From an uncultured Aliarcobacter sp. (GTDB lineage: Bacteria > Campylobacterota > Campylobacteria > Campylobacterales > Arcobacteraceae): DNA of 64,000 bases. The first letter of the stretch is position 1; each line of letters begins with the position of its first letter. Below the pieces are notes generated by a model. The model was given only the letters and a program-made list of their open reading frames with translations. It ran no database searches and was not told the DNA's origin. The position numbers and the translations under genes were made by a program. This document shows positions 1-9,631 of the stretch, piece after piece. The stretch is from assembly GCA_963664305.2 (NCBI GenBank), contig CAXXLV010000001.1:192001-256000 (forward strand). Reading direction: 5' to 3'.

Positions 1-375
1 TTTTTTTCTATTTTCACCAAATGTAACTTCAAATTTTTCTTCTACTTCATTATCGTTTAAAACAATATTTGAATGTCTAATCATAAATTTTGGTTTTGGT
101 AATGGTTGAGAAGGAGAAAAAGAGGCGTAATTTGGTAAATCACGTGCTGCTTTATAAACCCAATCTAACTTATCTTTTGATTCGTAAAACTTTTCATCAC
201 CAAAATATTGTCTAAAAGGTTCCCTTGCTTCTTCAAATAAGTATCTTAATCTTCCAATTATTGGATAATTAACTAAAAGTTGATGTTTTCTTTGTACATA
301 TTTATCATGAATAAACCATGCAATTATAATCACAACAAAAACAATCCAAAAATCTTCCCAAAATGTTAAATCCAT
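1..375 (-). CDS. FMN-binding glutamate synthase family protein, 5' part (runs off the window start)
   Basis: Not in the ORF track. Hand translation from ATG at 375 gives MDLTFWEDFWIVFVVIIIAWFIHDKYVQRKHQLLVNYPIIGRLRYLFEEAREPFRQYF..., open to position 1. N-terminal TM followed by the 'NYPIIGRLRY..E..R..FRQYF' motif of this family. Confidence 0.8.
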   Translation of the reverse strand, partial: MDLTFWEDFWIVFVVIIIAWFIHDKYVQRKHQLLVNYPIIGRLRYLFEEAREPFRQYFGDEKFYESKDKLDWVYKAARDLPNYASFSPSQPLPKPKFMIRHSNIVLNDNEVEEKFEVTFGENRKK

Positions 376-376
376 T

Positions 377-1261
377 TTATTCCTTTTTTCCTGATACTAA
401 AAATCCACTAAAAATAATCAATAGTATACCTAAAACAATTAAAAATGAAGGGAAAGAATCTCCTAAAATAAGTCCTAAAATTATCGAAAATACTATATTA
501 CTATATGAAATTGTTCCTATTATTCCAGCTTTAGCAAAAGAATATGCCTTTGTCATATATATTTGAGCGAATGTTGCAAAGATTCCTAACAAAATAATAA
601 AAATCCAATCTTCACTTTTAGGCATTGTAAAAGTCCCTAACATAAAATCCAAATGTGGATTTGAATAAAAGCTTCCAATTATTAATAAAATCATAGGTCC
701 TATTGTTCCAATTGTCATAAAAGATAAAACAATTGCTCTTGAATCATAATAAGTTCTAAGTTCTCTAACTGATGTATAAGCAAGTGCAGCACCTACTCCT
801 GAAAGAATTCCTAAATAATCAGTTTTTTCTAAATTACTACCATCAAATTCTGTTATGAATACTATTCCTATAAATCCTACAAAAACTCCAAGCCAACCTT
901 TAAATCCTAGTTTCTCTTTTAAAAACAAATATGCAAATATTGCTGTAAAAATAGTTGAAGTCTTTGAAAAAGTCATAGCTTCGCCAAGTGAAATCTCTGA
1001 GATATTATAAAAGAAAAATAAAAGTGCTACAAAACCAGCAACTCCTCTAAAAACTAATAACCAAAATTTCCCACCTTTTTGTTTTAAAGGTGAATTATAT
1101 ATAGAAATTAAAATTAAAAATACACCAAAAACATTTCTAAAAAACACCACCTCAACTGAACTCATAGTATCACTTAACTCTTTAGCAGCAGCTCCCATAA
1201 GTGCGAATAAAAGTGAAGCAAAAAGCATATATTTTATGCCTTTATTAACCTGTTCTTCCAT
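377..1261 (-). CDS. DMT/EamA family transporter
   Basis: About 10 hydrophobic helices in two EamA repeats (EVVFFRN, LFLKEKLG). Start moved to ATG 1261 (MEEQV), which has an AGGA RBS. Confidence 0.9.
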   Translation of the reverse strand: MEEQVNKGIKYMLFASLLFALMGAAAKELSDTMSSVEVVFFRNVFGVFLILISIYNSPLKQKGGKFWLLVFRGVAGFVALLFFFYNISEISLGEAMTFSKTSTIFTAIFAYLFLKEKLGFKGWLGVFVGFIGIVFITEFDGSNLEKTDYLGILSGVGAALAYTSVRELRTYYDSRAIVLSFMTIGTIGPMILLIIGSFYSNPHLDFMLGTFTMPKSEDWIFIILLGIFATFAQIYMTKAYSFAKAGIIGTISYSNIVFSIILGLILGDSFPSFLIVLGILLIIFSGFLVSGKKE

Positions 1262-1387
1262 CAAATTCCTTATTATAAAAGGAAGATTGTAGTTATTATC
1301 CAATTAAAAAAAGATTATTACATTCAAATTTTAAAGCTTGTTTTAGATAATATAATTGCTTTATATCACTAATCTTGTAGGGGAAAT

Positions 1388-2653
1388 ATGGAATACTTAA
1401 AAATTATTGGGGGTAAAGATATTTCAGGTAGTGTTGAAATATCAGGTGCTAAAAATGCAGCTTTACCTTTAATTGCTTGTACTATCTTAGGAAAAAATGA
1501 AATAACTATTGGAAATCTACCAAATGTTGTAGATATTAACACTTTTTTAAAACTTATAAAAAACCTTGGTGGAGATTTTGTTAAAGATAAAAACTCTGTA
1601 AAAATAAATACTTCAACAATTAATAACACAAAAGCTACTTACGATATTGTAAAAACTATGAGAGCTTCTATTTTAGTTTTAGGACCGATTCTTTCTAGAT
1701 TTGGACATTGTGAAGTTTCACTTCCTGGTGGTTGTGCAATTGGTCAAAGACCTGTAGATTTACACTTAAAAGCTTTAGAGCAAATGGGTGCAAAAATAGA
1801 AATTTTACATGGTTATATTCGTGCAACTGCTCCAAATGGATTAAAAGGTGCAAAAATTGTTTTTGATAAAGTTACAGTTGGTGGAACTGAAAATACAGTT
1901 ATGGCAGCAGCTTTAGCTTATGGAACTACTACAATAATTAATGCAGCAAAAGAGCCTGAAATTGTGCAACTTTGTGAAGTTTTAGCAAATAGTGGCGTTA
2001 AAATTGAAGGTATTGGAACTTCAAAAATTATAATTGAAGGAACTGGACAAAAACTTCTTGATATTAAACCATTTGATGTAATTCCTGATAGAATTGAAGC
2101 AGGAACTTATATGTGCGCAGCAGCTATTATGAATCAAAAACTAAAAATTGATAAAGTTATTCCTCTACATTTAGAAGCAGTTATTTCAAAACTTGAAGAA
2201 ATGAATTTTGAAGTTTTACAAGATGATAATAGTGTTACAATTTTACCTACAGATGAAATTAAACCTGTAAATATTATTACAACAGAATATCCTGGTTTCC
2301 CAACTGATATGCAGGCTCAATTTATGGCACTAGCTACGCAAGCAAATGGAACAAGTACTATTGATGAAAGATTATTTGAGAATAGATTTATGCACGTTAG
2401 TGAATTATTAAGACTTGGTGCAGATATTCATTTAAATGGTAATATTGCAACAATCAATGGAAAAAGTGGTACTTTAAATGGAACTGATGTTATGGCAACT
2501 GATTTAAGAGCATCTTCTGCATTAGTTTTAGCTGCACTTGTAGCAAGTGGAGAAACAAATATCCATAGAATTTATCACCTTGATAGAGGTTATGAAAATC
2601 TTGAAGGAAAACTATCACTTATTGGTGCAGATGTAAAAAGGTTTGCTGAATAA
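1388..2653 (+). CDS. murA: UDP-N-acetylglucosamine 1-carboxyvinyltransferase
   Basis: [18 protein letters not shown], active-site [34 protein letters not shown]. Confidence 0.98.
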   Translation: MEYLKIIGGKDISGSVEISGAKNAALPLIACTILGKNEITIGNLPNVVDINTFLKLIKNLGGDFVKDKNSVKINTSTINNTKATYDIVKTMRASILVLGPILSRFGHCEVSLPGGCAIGQRPVDLHLKALEQMGAKIEILHGYIRATAPNGLKGAKIVFDKVTVGGTENTVMAAALAYGTTTIINAAKEPEIVQLCEVLANSGVKIEGIGTSKIIIEGTGQKLLDIKPFDVIPDRIEAGTYMCAAAIMNQKLKIDKVIPLHLEAVISKLEEMNFEVLQDDNSVTILPTDEIKPVNIITTEYPGFPTDMQAQFMALATQANGTSTIDERLFENRFMHVSELLRLGADIHLNGNIATINGKSGTLNGTDVMATDLRASSALVLAALVASGETNIHRIYHLDRGYENLEGKLSLIGADVKRFAE

Positions 2654-2658
2654 CACAT

Positions 2659-2706
2659 CTTAAAAAATGATATGTAAAAAATCATTTACTTATCATTTTT
2701 TTTAAG
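2659..2706 (+). terminator. AT-rich hairpin after murA
   Basis: aaaaaatgata-tgtaaa...tttac-ttatcattttttt imperfect inverted repeat followed by a T-run. Confidence 0.5.
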
Positions 2707-2752
2707 TATAAATTTACTAAAATCCGAACAACTATGAAAAAAGGTACTATTA

Positions 2753-3847
2753 ATGAAACTAGAAATCTCTTTATTTAAGTTTGATAAAAACTCAGATTAT
2801 CTACCATATTACACTAAACATTTTTTAAAAATCGAAAATGAAAAAAACTTATTAGATATTTTAAATACGTTAAATAAAAGTGAAAAATTAGGATTTGAAA
2901 ACTCTTTAGATTTTGATTTAGTTATAAATAATACATATGTAAAAGCCTCATTAACATTAGAAGAACTTGTTGAAAATTTTGGAAAAGAATTGACTATTGA
3001 ACCTATTTCAACAAGAAGAGTTTACAATGATTTATTGATTGATGACAAAGATTTTGTAGAAAAAATTGAAATCTTTAAAAATTTTCTTGATGAAGAAGAT
3101 AGAAAAAATTATTCAAATCTAAAACAATATTTTTATGCGTCAAATACACTTAACTATAAAAGTGACTATGTTGGTGATTCAGCTTTGATTTTAGCATACG
3201 ATTTAATTCAAAAAAATCCAAAAATAAAAGAATATATTTTAACAACATTAGATAGTGTTGAAACAGGTGCTTCATTTCATACAAGTTTAAAAAACAGAAT
3301 TTATAAGTTAGAAGATATTGTTGAAACAAAAATTCAAACTATTCAATCAGAATTAGGTTATTTTGAAGAACTAGAAAAACAAAATTTTAGAATAAATAAA
3401 ACTCTAATTATTGATTTTGGAAAATTTGAAGATAACTTTGAAATATTACATGATTTTAAAGATTTTAATATTGCATATTATCCATCAAATGACTCTAAAC
3501 AAACTAAAGATTTATTAAATAAACTAAAAGCAAATCTTTTAAATCTTGATAGTATGAAATTAGATTTAGCAAAAAATACATTTAATAAAAATCCGCAAAT
3601 TACGTATCATGTAGCTTCAACAATTTTACTTGATGCTTTTGATAATAATGCAGATTTTTTAGTTGTTGATACAAACGAAGATTTTTATATTTTTGATTAC
3701 AATAGAAAAGAGATTGAAAAGCTTTGTGGAAGAGATATACTAATTCCGATAATTCATAAAAATGAATTACAAAAGCTTGTTTCTGGAGATCATAAAGAAG
3801 CAAAAAAAACATTAGAAAAACATCAAATTAATCCTGAAATTATATAA
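2753..3847 (+). CDS. Degenerate SdhB/FrdB-like + SdhE/HdrB-like fusion protein (probably DUF5644-type)
   Basis: N-terminus FKFD..SDYLPYY...LLDILN...INN...FGKELTIEPIS...DLLID resembles Fe-S subunits of fumarate reductase/succinate dehydrogenase. C-terminal ILLDAFDNNADFLVV resembles CCG-domain HdrB/SdhE. Only one Cys in 364 aa. Confidence 0.55.
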   Translation: MKLEISLFKFDKNSDYLPYYTKHFLKIENEKNLLDILNTLNKSEKLGFENSLDFDLVINNTYVKASLTLEELVENFGKELTIEPISTRRVYNDLLIDDKDFVEKIEIFKNFLDEEDRKNYSNLKQYFYASNTLNYKSDYVGDSALILAYDLIQKNPKIKEYILTTLDSVETGASFHTSLKNRIYKLEDIVETKIQTIQSELGYFEELEKQNFRINKTLIIDFGKFEDNFEILHDFKDFNIAYYPSNDSKQTKDLLNKLKANLLNLDSMKLDLAKNTFNKNPQITYHVASTILLDAFDNNADFLVVDTNEDFYIFDYNRKEIEKLCGRDILIPIIHKNELQKLVSGDHKEAKKTLEKHQINPEII

Positions 3848-3856
3848 GGTTCAAAA

Positions 3857-4480
3857 GTGAGATTAGATTCTGAATTTAGTATTTATGCTACTCTTTTAAT
3901 TATCTGTTTATTACCACTTTATATTTACAGAAAAAGAATCTTCTCTCCATCAAAATCTCAAAAAGGAGATTTTGATACTTTTTTAAATGATTTAAAAATT
4001 CATATGAAAAATAATCATCCAAAAATCCATATAAATTATTCAATTGTTGAAAAAACTAAAAATGAACCAAATTTAACAGTTAGAGAAACTTTTATAATTG
4101 AAAAAGTAGTTGAACAGTTTTTCAATTTTGAATATAAAAGAACTACGCAAAAATCTGTAACTAGAGATAAACTTTGGGCAAATTATGATGAAAAATCTAT
4201 TCCTAGTGCAAAATTACCAAGTGATTGGCAACAAAGAAAAGAATTAGCTTGGAGAAGAGATGATAAATGTTGCAATAGATGTGGTTGCAACTTAAATTCA
4301 TTAGGTGATACTTACACAAGTTTTGTTAAAGAGATAAAAGATGGTGGAAGTTATACCTTAGAAAACATCATTATTTTATGTGTTGATTGTAACAAAGTTA
4401 TAAACTCTACAAATCCAAAAAACACTATGGATGCCTTAATTTTAAACGATAAACTACTTCGTCTTGTAACAACAGCTTAA
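3857..4480 (+). CDS. Membrane-anchored HNH-fold protein
   Basis: N-terminal TM (IYATLLIICLLPLYIY); C-terminal RD..CCNRCG...GG.....NIIILCVDCN zinc/HNH pattern. GTG start. Confidence 0.75.
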   Translation: MRLDSEFSIYATLLIICLLPLYIYRKRIFSPSKSQKGDFDTFLNDLKIHMKNNHPKIHINYSIVEKTKNEPNLTVRETFIIEKVVEQFFNFEYKRTTQKSVTRDKLWANYDEKSIPSAKLPSDWQQRKELAWRRDDKCCNRCGCNLNSLGDTYTSFVKEIKDGGSYTLENIIILCVDCNKVINSTNPKNTMDALILNDKLLRLVTTA

Positions 4481-4488
4481 AATAAAAA

Positions 4489-6195
4489 CTACTGTCCTAA
4501 AATTTCTTTTACTCTTTTTTCATGTTCACTTTTATCAACTACAATTTCATTTTCATTATTTAAATCTTTCAATTGTTTACTCAGTTGTATAATCTTTTTT
4601 TCTCTTTCTTGTGACTCAATCTTTTTCTTAATTGCATTCTCTTTTAATCTAATCAAAGAATCTTGTAAATATTTATCCTCTAATTCTTTTAATTCAGCTA
4701 ATTGATTTCTAACATATGTAATATCTTTTGTTTTTGGAATCATATAAGGAGTAACTATTACAACAAGATTATTCTTTTTAGTTTTTGTTAAATCATTTAT
4801 AAATAAATTACCAAAAATTGGAATTTCTCCTAAAACAGGTACTTTTTGAATAGTTGATTCATTTTTATTTTCAATTAAACCCCCAATAATAACACTTTCA
4901 CCATTGTTTAAAATTGCAGTCGTCTTAATCTCTTTTTTCAAAGTATCAGGATTTCCACTACTCGTTTGTGTTGTTTTTATTCCTTCTAATAAAGTATTAA
5001 TTTCTAAAGTAACTTTTGATTCACTTGATATTCTAGGCTTTACTTTTAATGTTAATCCAACATCTTCTCTTTGATAATTTGTTCTTTGAGTTCCTCCATC
5101 AGTTACAGAACTTGAAGTTTGTACAGATATTTTTTCACCAACATAAATAGAACTTTCTTTGTTATTAATAGCTAAAATTGAAGGTTCAGATACAATATCT
5201 AAAGCTCCATTTTGTTTTAAAAGATTAAGTGAAGCACCAAGAGCAAGGCCTGATTTTATATCTGGAATATTTAAATCAATTATATTTAACACATCTGTAA
5301 TTGATGTTGAACCACCATTTAAATTTGATGAAAAAGTTGCAAGACTATTACTTCCACTTGTTCCTCCAAAAATTCCATATTGAACACCAATATTATTTAC
5401 TAATTCATCATTTACTTCAATAATTCTAGCTTGTACATAAACTTGTGTTTTTTCTTTATCTAATTCATCTATTAATTTATTGATATATTCCACTTCATCA
5501 GTATGTCCCATTACTATTATTGCATTTGTTTCTTCATCAACAGAAACTAAAGGTTTTTTATTTACATCACTATAAATTTTTTTACTAACTATTGAATCAA
5601 GAATTTTTATCACATTAGTAGCTTCTACATTTTTTAATGAAAATATTTTTATCTCTTTTTTTATTAAGGAACTATCATTATCAACATTTTTTATATAATT
5701 TACCAAATAATTGATATTTTCTTTTTCTCCAATTATTACTAAAGTATTATTATCTTTATTTTCTACAATTGATATTTTTGAATTTTCTAATTTATCATCA
5801 AATTTTGATTTTGCAATCTCTTCTAAATTTTTCTTTGCTTCATTTACATCAATATTTTTTAGTTCAACTACAACACTATCTTTAGACACAAAATTATCTA
5901 ATTTTACAACTCTTAACATATCACTATTTTCAACTAATTTATAACCTTTATCTTCAAGGACAAATTTTAGTATTTTTATTAATTCATCTTTATTGATAGG
6001 TTTATTTGAGATAAAATCAACATTTCCTTTAATCTCTTCAATTATTAAAATATTTTTATTTATGATTTTGGAAGAAATTTTTATTAAATCCATTATGTTT
6101 AAATCTTTGAAATTTATATTTATTTCACCATTACTTATTGCATTTATTTGTATTAAAAAAACACTTAACCATAAAAATTTATAAACATATCTCAT
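4489..6195 (-). CDS. gspD: Type II secretion-type outer-membrane secretin (GspD/CtsD-like)
   Basis: Signal peptide; N0 (INFKDLNIMDLIKISSKI), N-domain (LKNVEA..., VDEETNAII), secretin domain (QVYVQARIIEV, SEPSIL..NNKES.IYVG, DVGLTLKVKP, IIGGLI, KVPVLGEIPIFG.LF, VVIVTP). Confidence 0.85.
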   Translation of the reverse strand: MRYVYKFLWLSVFLIQINAISNGEININFKDLNIMDLIKISSKIINKNILIIEEIKGNVDFISNKPINKDELIKILKFVLEDKGYKLVENSDMLRVVKLDNFVSKDSVVVELKNIDVNEAKKNLEEIAKSKFDDKLENSKISIVENKDNNTLVIIGEKENINYLVNYIKNVDNDSSLIKKEIKIFSLKNVEATNVIKILDSIVSKKIYSDVNKKPLVSVDEETNAIIVMGHTDEVEYINKLIDELDKEKTQVYVQARIIEVNDELVNNIGVQYGIFGGTSGSNSLATFSSNLNGGSTSITDVLNIIDLNIPDIKSGLALGASLNLLKQNGALDIVSEPSILAINNKESSIYVGEKISVQTSSSVTDGGTQRTNYQREDVGLTLKVKPRISSESKVTLEINTLLEGIKTTQTSSGNPDTLKKEIKTTAILNNGESVIIGGLIENKNESTIQKVPVLGEIPIFGNLFINDLTKTKKNNLVVIVTPYMIPKTKDITYVRNQLAELKELEDKYLQDSLIRLKENAIKKKIESQEREKKIIQLSKQLKDLNNENEIVVDKSEHEKRVKEILGQ

Positions 6196-6257
6196 AATTT
6201 AACTCCATCAATAATTTTTAATCAAAAAATTATTGTAACTTTAAATAATAAATTAAA

Positions 6258-6830
6258 TTATTTTATAACAATATTTCTAGAAAGTAAAGGTAAAAGTAAA
6301 TTAAATTGTTCAGTTGTAAGTTCTATTTGTAAACTTACATTTGTAGAAAAATCTTTCGATTTTATATTGATATCTTCTTGATTTAAAAGATACTCAAGTT
6401 GAGAAAGTTCATTGTATTCACACTCTAAAGTTTTAGTTATAAGTTTTTTATACTCCTTAAAAGTTGCTATTTTTATAACTTCATTTACACTATCACCATA
6501 AGCTCGAACTAAACCACCAGTTCCTAGTTTCACTCCACCAAAATATCGTACAATTATCACTGCACTATTTATGATTTCAGCTCCAGCTAAAACAGCAAGA
6601 GATGGTTTTCCACTTGTTCCTTTTGGTTCTCCATCATCACTACTATTCTCAACTATTTGTTCAAATTCATTTAGATATCTATAGGCATAAACAAAATGAA
6701 CTGCTTTTGGATGTTCTTGTCTTAATCTATTCATTACTTCACCAAATATTTCATAAGGCATTAAAAAAGCAATAAACTTTGACTTCTTTTCTTCAATTGA
6801 ACAACTAAACTCTTTTTGAACAAACTTCAA
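6258..6830 (-). CDS. yigZ: YigZ/IMPACT family protein
   Basis: KKSKFIA, SDDGEPKGTSG, VRYFGGVKLGTGGLVRAY. TTG start with AGGTGG RBS. Confidence 0.95.
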   Translation of the reverse strand: MKFVQKEFSCSIEEKKSKFIAFLMPYEIFGEVMNRLRQEHPKAVHFVYAYRYLNEFEQIVENSSDDGEPKGTSGKPSLAVLAGAEIINSAVIIVRYFGGVKLGTGGLVRAYGDSVNEVIKIATFKEYKKLITKTLECEYNELSQLEYLLNQEDINIKSKDFSTNVSLQIELTTEQFNLLLPLLSRNIVIK

Positions 6831-6844
6831 CTATAATTCCACCT

Positions 6845-7555
6845 ATGAGATTAGATTTATATTTAACTACAACTTTTAATGTCCAAAGCCGAAATAAAGC
6901 AAGCGAACTAATAAAATCCAACAAAGTTAAATGTGATGGTGTGATTATAACAAAACCATCTTTTAATGTTGAGGAAAATCATAAAATAGAACTTTTAGAA
7001 GAAGATTTTTATGTATCTAGAGCAGCTTATAAATTAAAATATTTTTTAGAAGAATTAAAAGATTTTAATTTGAAGAATAAAAATGCTTTAGATATTGGAA
7101 GTAGTACAGGTGGATTTACACAAATTCTTCTGGAAAATGAAGTTTTAAAAGTAACTTGTGTGGATGTTGGAAGTAATCAACTACATGAAAAAATAAAAAA
7201 TGATAAAAAAATCTCATTTTTTGAAAATACAGATATAAGAAATTTTCAAAGTAATGAAATATTTGATGTTATTACGTGTGATGTATCATTTATCTCTATC
7301 CTAAATATAATTGAAGATATAAATAGATTAGCTTCAAAAGATATTATTATTCTTTTCAAACCTCAATTTGAAGTTGGAACAAAAGTAAAAAGAGATAAAA
7401 AAGGTGTAGTAAAAGATAAAGATGCTATAAAAAAAGCAAGAGAAATTTTCTTAGAAAAAACAAAAACATTAAACTGGAAAACAGTATATACAAGTCTTAG
7501 TAAATTACAAGGGAAAGATGGTAATGAAGAAGAACTCTTCTACTTTAGTAAATAA
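6845..7555 (+). CDS. tlyA: TlyA family rRNA (cytidine-2'-O)-methyltransferase
   Basis: S4 domain MRLD...SRNKA, YVSRAAYKL, LDIGSSTGGFT, DVSFIS, KPQFE, GNEE. Confidence 0.95.
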   Translation: MRLDLYLTTTFNVQSRNKASELIKSNKVKCDGVIITKPSFNVEENHKIELLEEDFYVSRAAYKLKYFLEELKDFNLKNKNALDIGSSTGGFTQILLENEVLKVTCVDVGSNQLHEKIKNDKKISFFENTDIRNFQSNEIFDVITCDVSFISILNIIEDINRLASKDIIILFKPQFEVGTKVKRDKKGVVKDKDAIKKAREIFLEKTKTLNWKTVYTSLSKLQGKDGNEEELFYFSK

Positions 7556-8369
7556 AAAAACAATCACTTCAATTGCTATTGGGGGATTTGATGGTATGCA
7601 TGTTGCTCATCAAGAACTTTTCAAGAATTTAGATGAACATGGTGCAATTGTATCTATTGAATCAGGATTTGCAAATCTTACTCCAAAAATATACAGACAA
7701 GAATATAGTGATTATCCAATTTATTATTATGTACTTGATAATATCAAACATTTAGAAGGCGACCAATTTATTAAACTATTAAATGAAGAATTTCCAAACT
7801 TAAAAAAAATAGTTGTTGGTTATGATTTTTGTTTTGGTAAAAATAGAAGATATTGTATAGAAAAATTAAAAGAACTTTTTCACGGTGATGTAAAAATTAT
7901 TGATGAAATAAAAATAGATAATATTGCTGTTCACTCAAGATTTATTAGAGAATATATAAAAGATGGCGAAATAGAAATGGCTAATAAGCTTTTAGGAAAA
8001 GAGTATAAAATCTATGGTCATCAAATCAAAGGTCAAGGACTTGGTAGCAAAAGTTTTGTACCAACAATAAATCTAAAAGTAGAACAATTTTTGCTTCCTA
8101 AAGAGGGAGTTTATATTACAAAAACTATTTTAAATGAAATAGAATATAACTCTGTAACTTTTTTAGGTCATAGAGTTACAACTGATGGAAGTTATGCTGT
8201 TGAAACACATATTTTAGATGAAAATATTATAAATGACACATATACTATTCAAATAAAATTTATTAAAAAAATCAGAGAAAATCTAAAATTTGATAACTTT
8301 GAAGAGTTGAAAAATCAAATAGATAAAGATATAGAAACAACAAAAAATTACTTTATTAATATTTATTAA
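7518..8369 (+). CDS. ribF: Bifunctional riboflavin kinase/FAD synthetase
   Basis: IGGFDGMH.AHQ, VGYDF.FGK.R, PTINL, GVY, ETHILD, IRENLKF. Overlaps the tlyA 3' end; the true start may be ATG 7524. Confidence 0.95.
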   Translation: MVMKKNSSTLVNKKTITSIAIGGFDGMHVAHQELFKNLDEHGAIVSIESGFANLTPKIYRQEYSDYPIYYYVLDNIKHLEGDQFIKLLNEEFPNLKKIVVGYDFCFGKNRRYCIEKLKELFHGDVKIIDEIKIDNIAVHSRFIREYIKDGEIEMANKLLGKEYKIYGHQIKGQGLGSKSFVPTINLKVEQFLLPKEGVYITKTILNEIEYNSVTFLGHRVTTDGSYAVETHILDENIINDTYTIQIKFIKKIRENLKFDNFEELKNQIDKDIETTKNYFINIY

Positions 8370-8393
8370 TATGCATTTAGATAAAATATTAGA

Positions 8394-9104
8394 ATGATAG
8401 ATAAAGTATTTAATAAATCAATTACCAAACAGTTTGAATTCGATGAAGAAGTAGCATCAGTATTTGACGATATGTTAAATAGGTCAGTTCCTTTTTACAA
8501 AGAGATGCAAAGATTATCAATAAATTTTGCTTGCAATTTTTTAGAAGAGAATGATGTAGTTTATGATTTGGGTTGTTCAACAGCTTCAACTTTAATAGAA
8601 TTAAGTAAACATTGTAAACATAATCTTAATCTTGTTGGTATTGATAATTCTGAAGCTATGCTAAATAGAGCTAGTAAAAAAGCCAAAGCATTTGGAGTTG
8701 ATATAAATCTCATAAATGCAGACTTACATGATGTAAATTATGAAAATGCAAAACTAATTCTTTCAAACTACACTTTACAATTTATCAGACCACTACAAAG
8801 AGAAAAATTAGTAAAAAAAATATATGATTCTTTACAAGAACAAGGTATTTTTATCTTTAGTGAAAAAGTTATCTCTTCAAATTCAACTTTAAATAAACAA
8901 TCTATTGATGAATATTATGAGTTTAAAAAAACTCAAGGATATAGTGAATTTGAAATTGCTCAAAAAAGAGAAGCTTTAGAAAATGTATTGATTCCATATA
9001 CAGAAGAAGAAAATAAAAAAATGATTTTAGATGCTGGATTTGCTCACTGTGAAACTATTTTCAAATGGGTAAATTTTGCAACATTTATAGCAATAAAAAA
9101 ATAA
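8394..9104 (+). CDS. cmoA: Carboxy-S-adenosyl-L-methionine synthase
   Basis: [54 protein letters not shown]. Confidence 0.95.
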   Translation: MIDKVFNKSITKQFEFDEEVASVFDDMLNRSVPFYKEMQRLSINFACNFLEENDVVYDLGCSTASTLIELSKHCKHNLNLVGIDNSEAMLNRASKKAKAFGVDINLINADLHDVNYENAKLILSNYTLQFIRPLQREKLVKKIYDSLQEQGIFIFSEKVISSNSTLNKQSIDEYYEFKKTQGYSEFEIAQKREALENVLIPYTEEENKKMILDAGFAHCETIFKWVNFATFIAIKK

Positions 9105-9110
9105 AGGATT

Positions 9111-9620
9111 ATGATGTTAAAAGTTGGAGATATTGCACCTAGTTTTTGCGCACCAAATCAAGATGATGTGGAAATTTGTTCAAGAGATTTAGCAGGAAAA
9201 TGGATAGTTTTATATTTTTATCCAAAAGATTTAACTCCAGGTTGTACAACTGAAGCTTGTGACTTTACAGATAAACACTCATTTTTTGATGATTTAGATG
9301 CAGTAATTTTAGGTGTTAGTGCAGATGATACAGAAAAACATAGAAAATTTATTGATAAATATGATTTAACAATAACTCTTTTATCAGATATAAATAAAAA
9401 AATGTGTGAAGATTATGGAGTTTGGCAATTAAAACAATTTATGGGTAAAGAGTTTATGGGTGTTGTAAGAAGCACTTTTATCATAAATCCAGAAGGAAAA
9501 ATTGCTGCAATTTGGGATAAAGTTAGTGTTAGAAAGAAAAAAAGTGTAAAAGGTGAAAAAGTAGAGATTTTACATGTAGATGAAGTTAGAGAAAAACTTC
9601 AAGAATTACAATCAAATTAA
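9111..9620 (+). CDS. bcp: Thioredoxin-dependent peroxiredoxin (BCP/PrxQ)
   Basis: VLYFYPKDLTPGCTTEACDF, RSTFII.PEG. Confidence 0.95.
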   Translation: MMLKVGDIAPSFCAPNQDDVEICSRDLAGKWIVLYFYPKDLTPGCTTEACDFTDKHSFFDDLDAVILGVSADDTEKHRKFIDKYDLTITLLSDINKKMCEDYGVWQLKQFMGKEFMGVVRSTFIINPEGKIAAIWDKVSVRKKKSVKGEKVEILHVDEVREKLQELQSN

Positions 9621-9631
9621 TAGGAATAAAA

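Noticed and set aside
3857..4480. HNH protein as an active restriction/defence or homing nuclease
   Set aside because: Catalytic His absent; no methyltransferase or mobile context.
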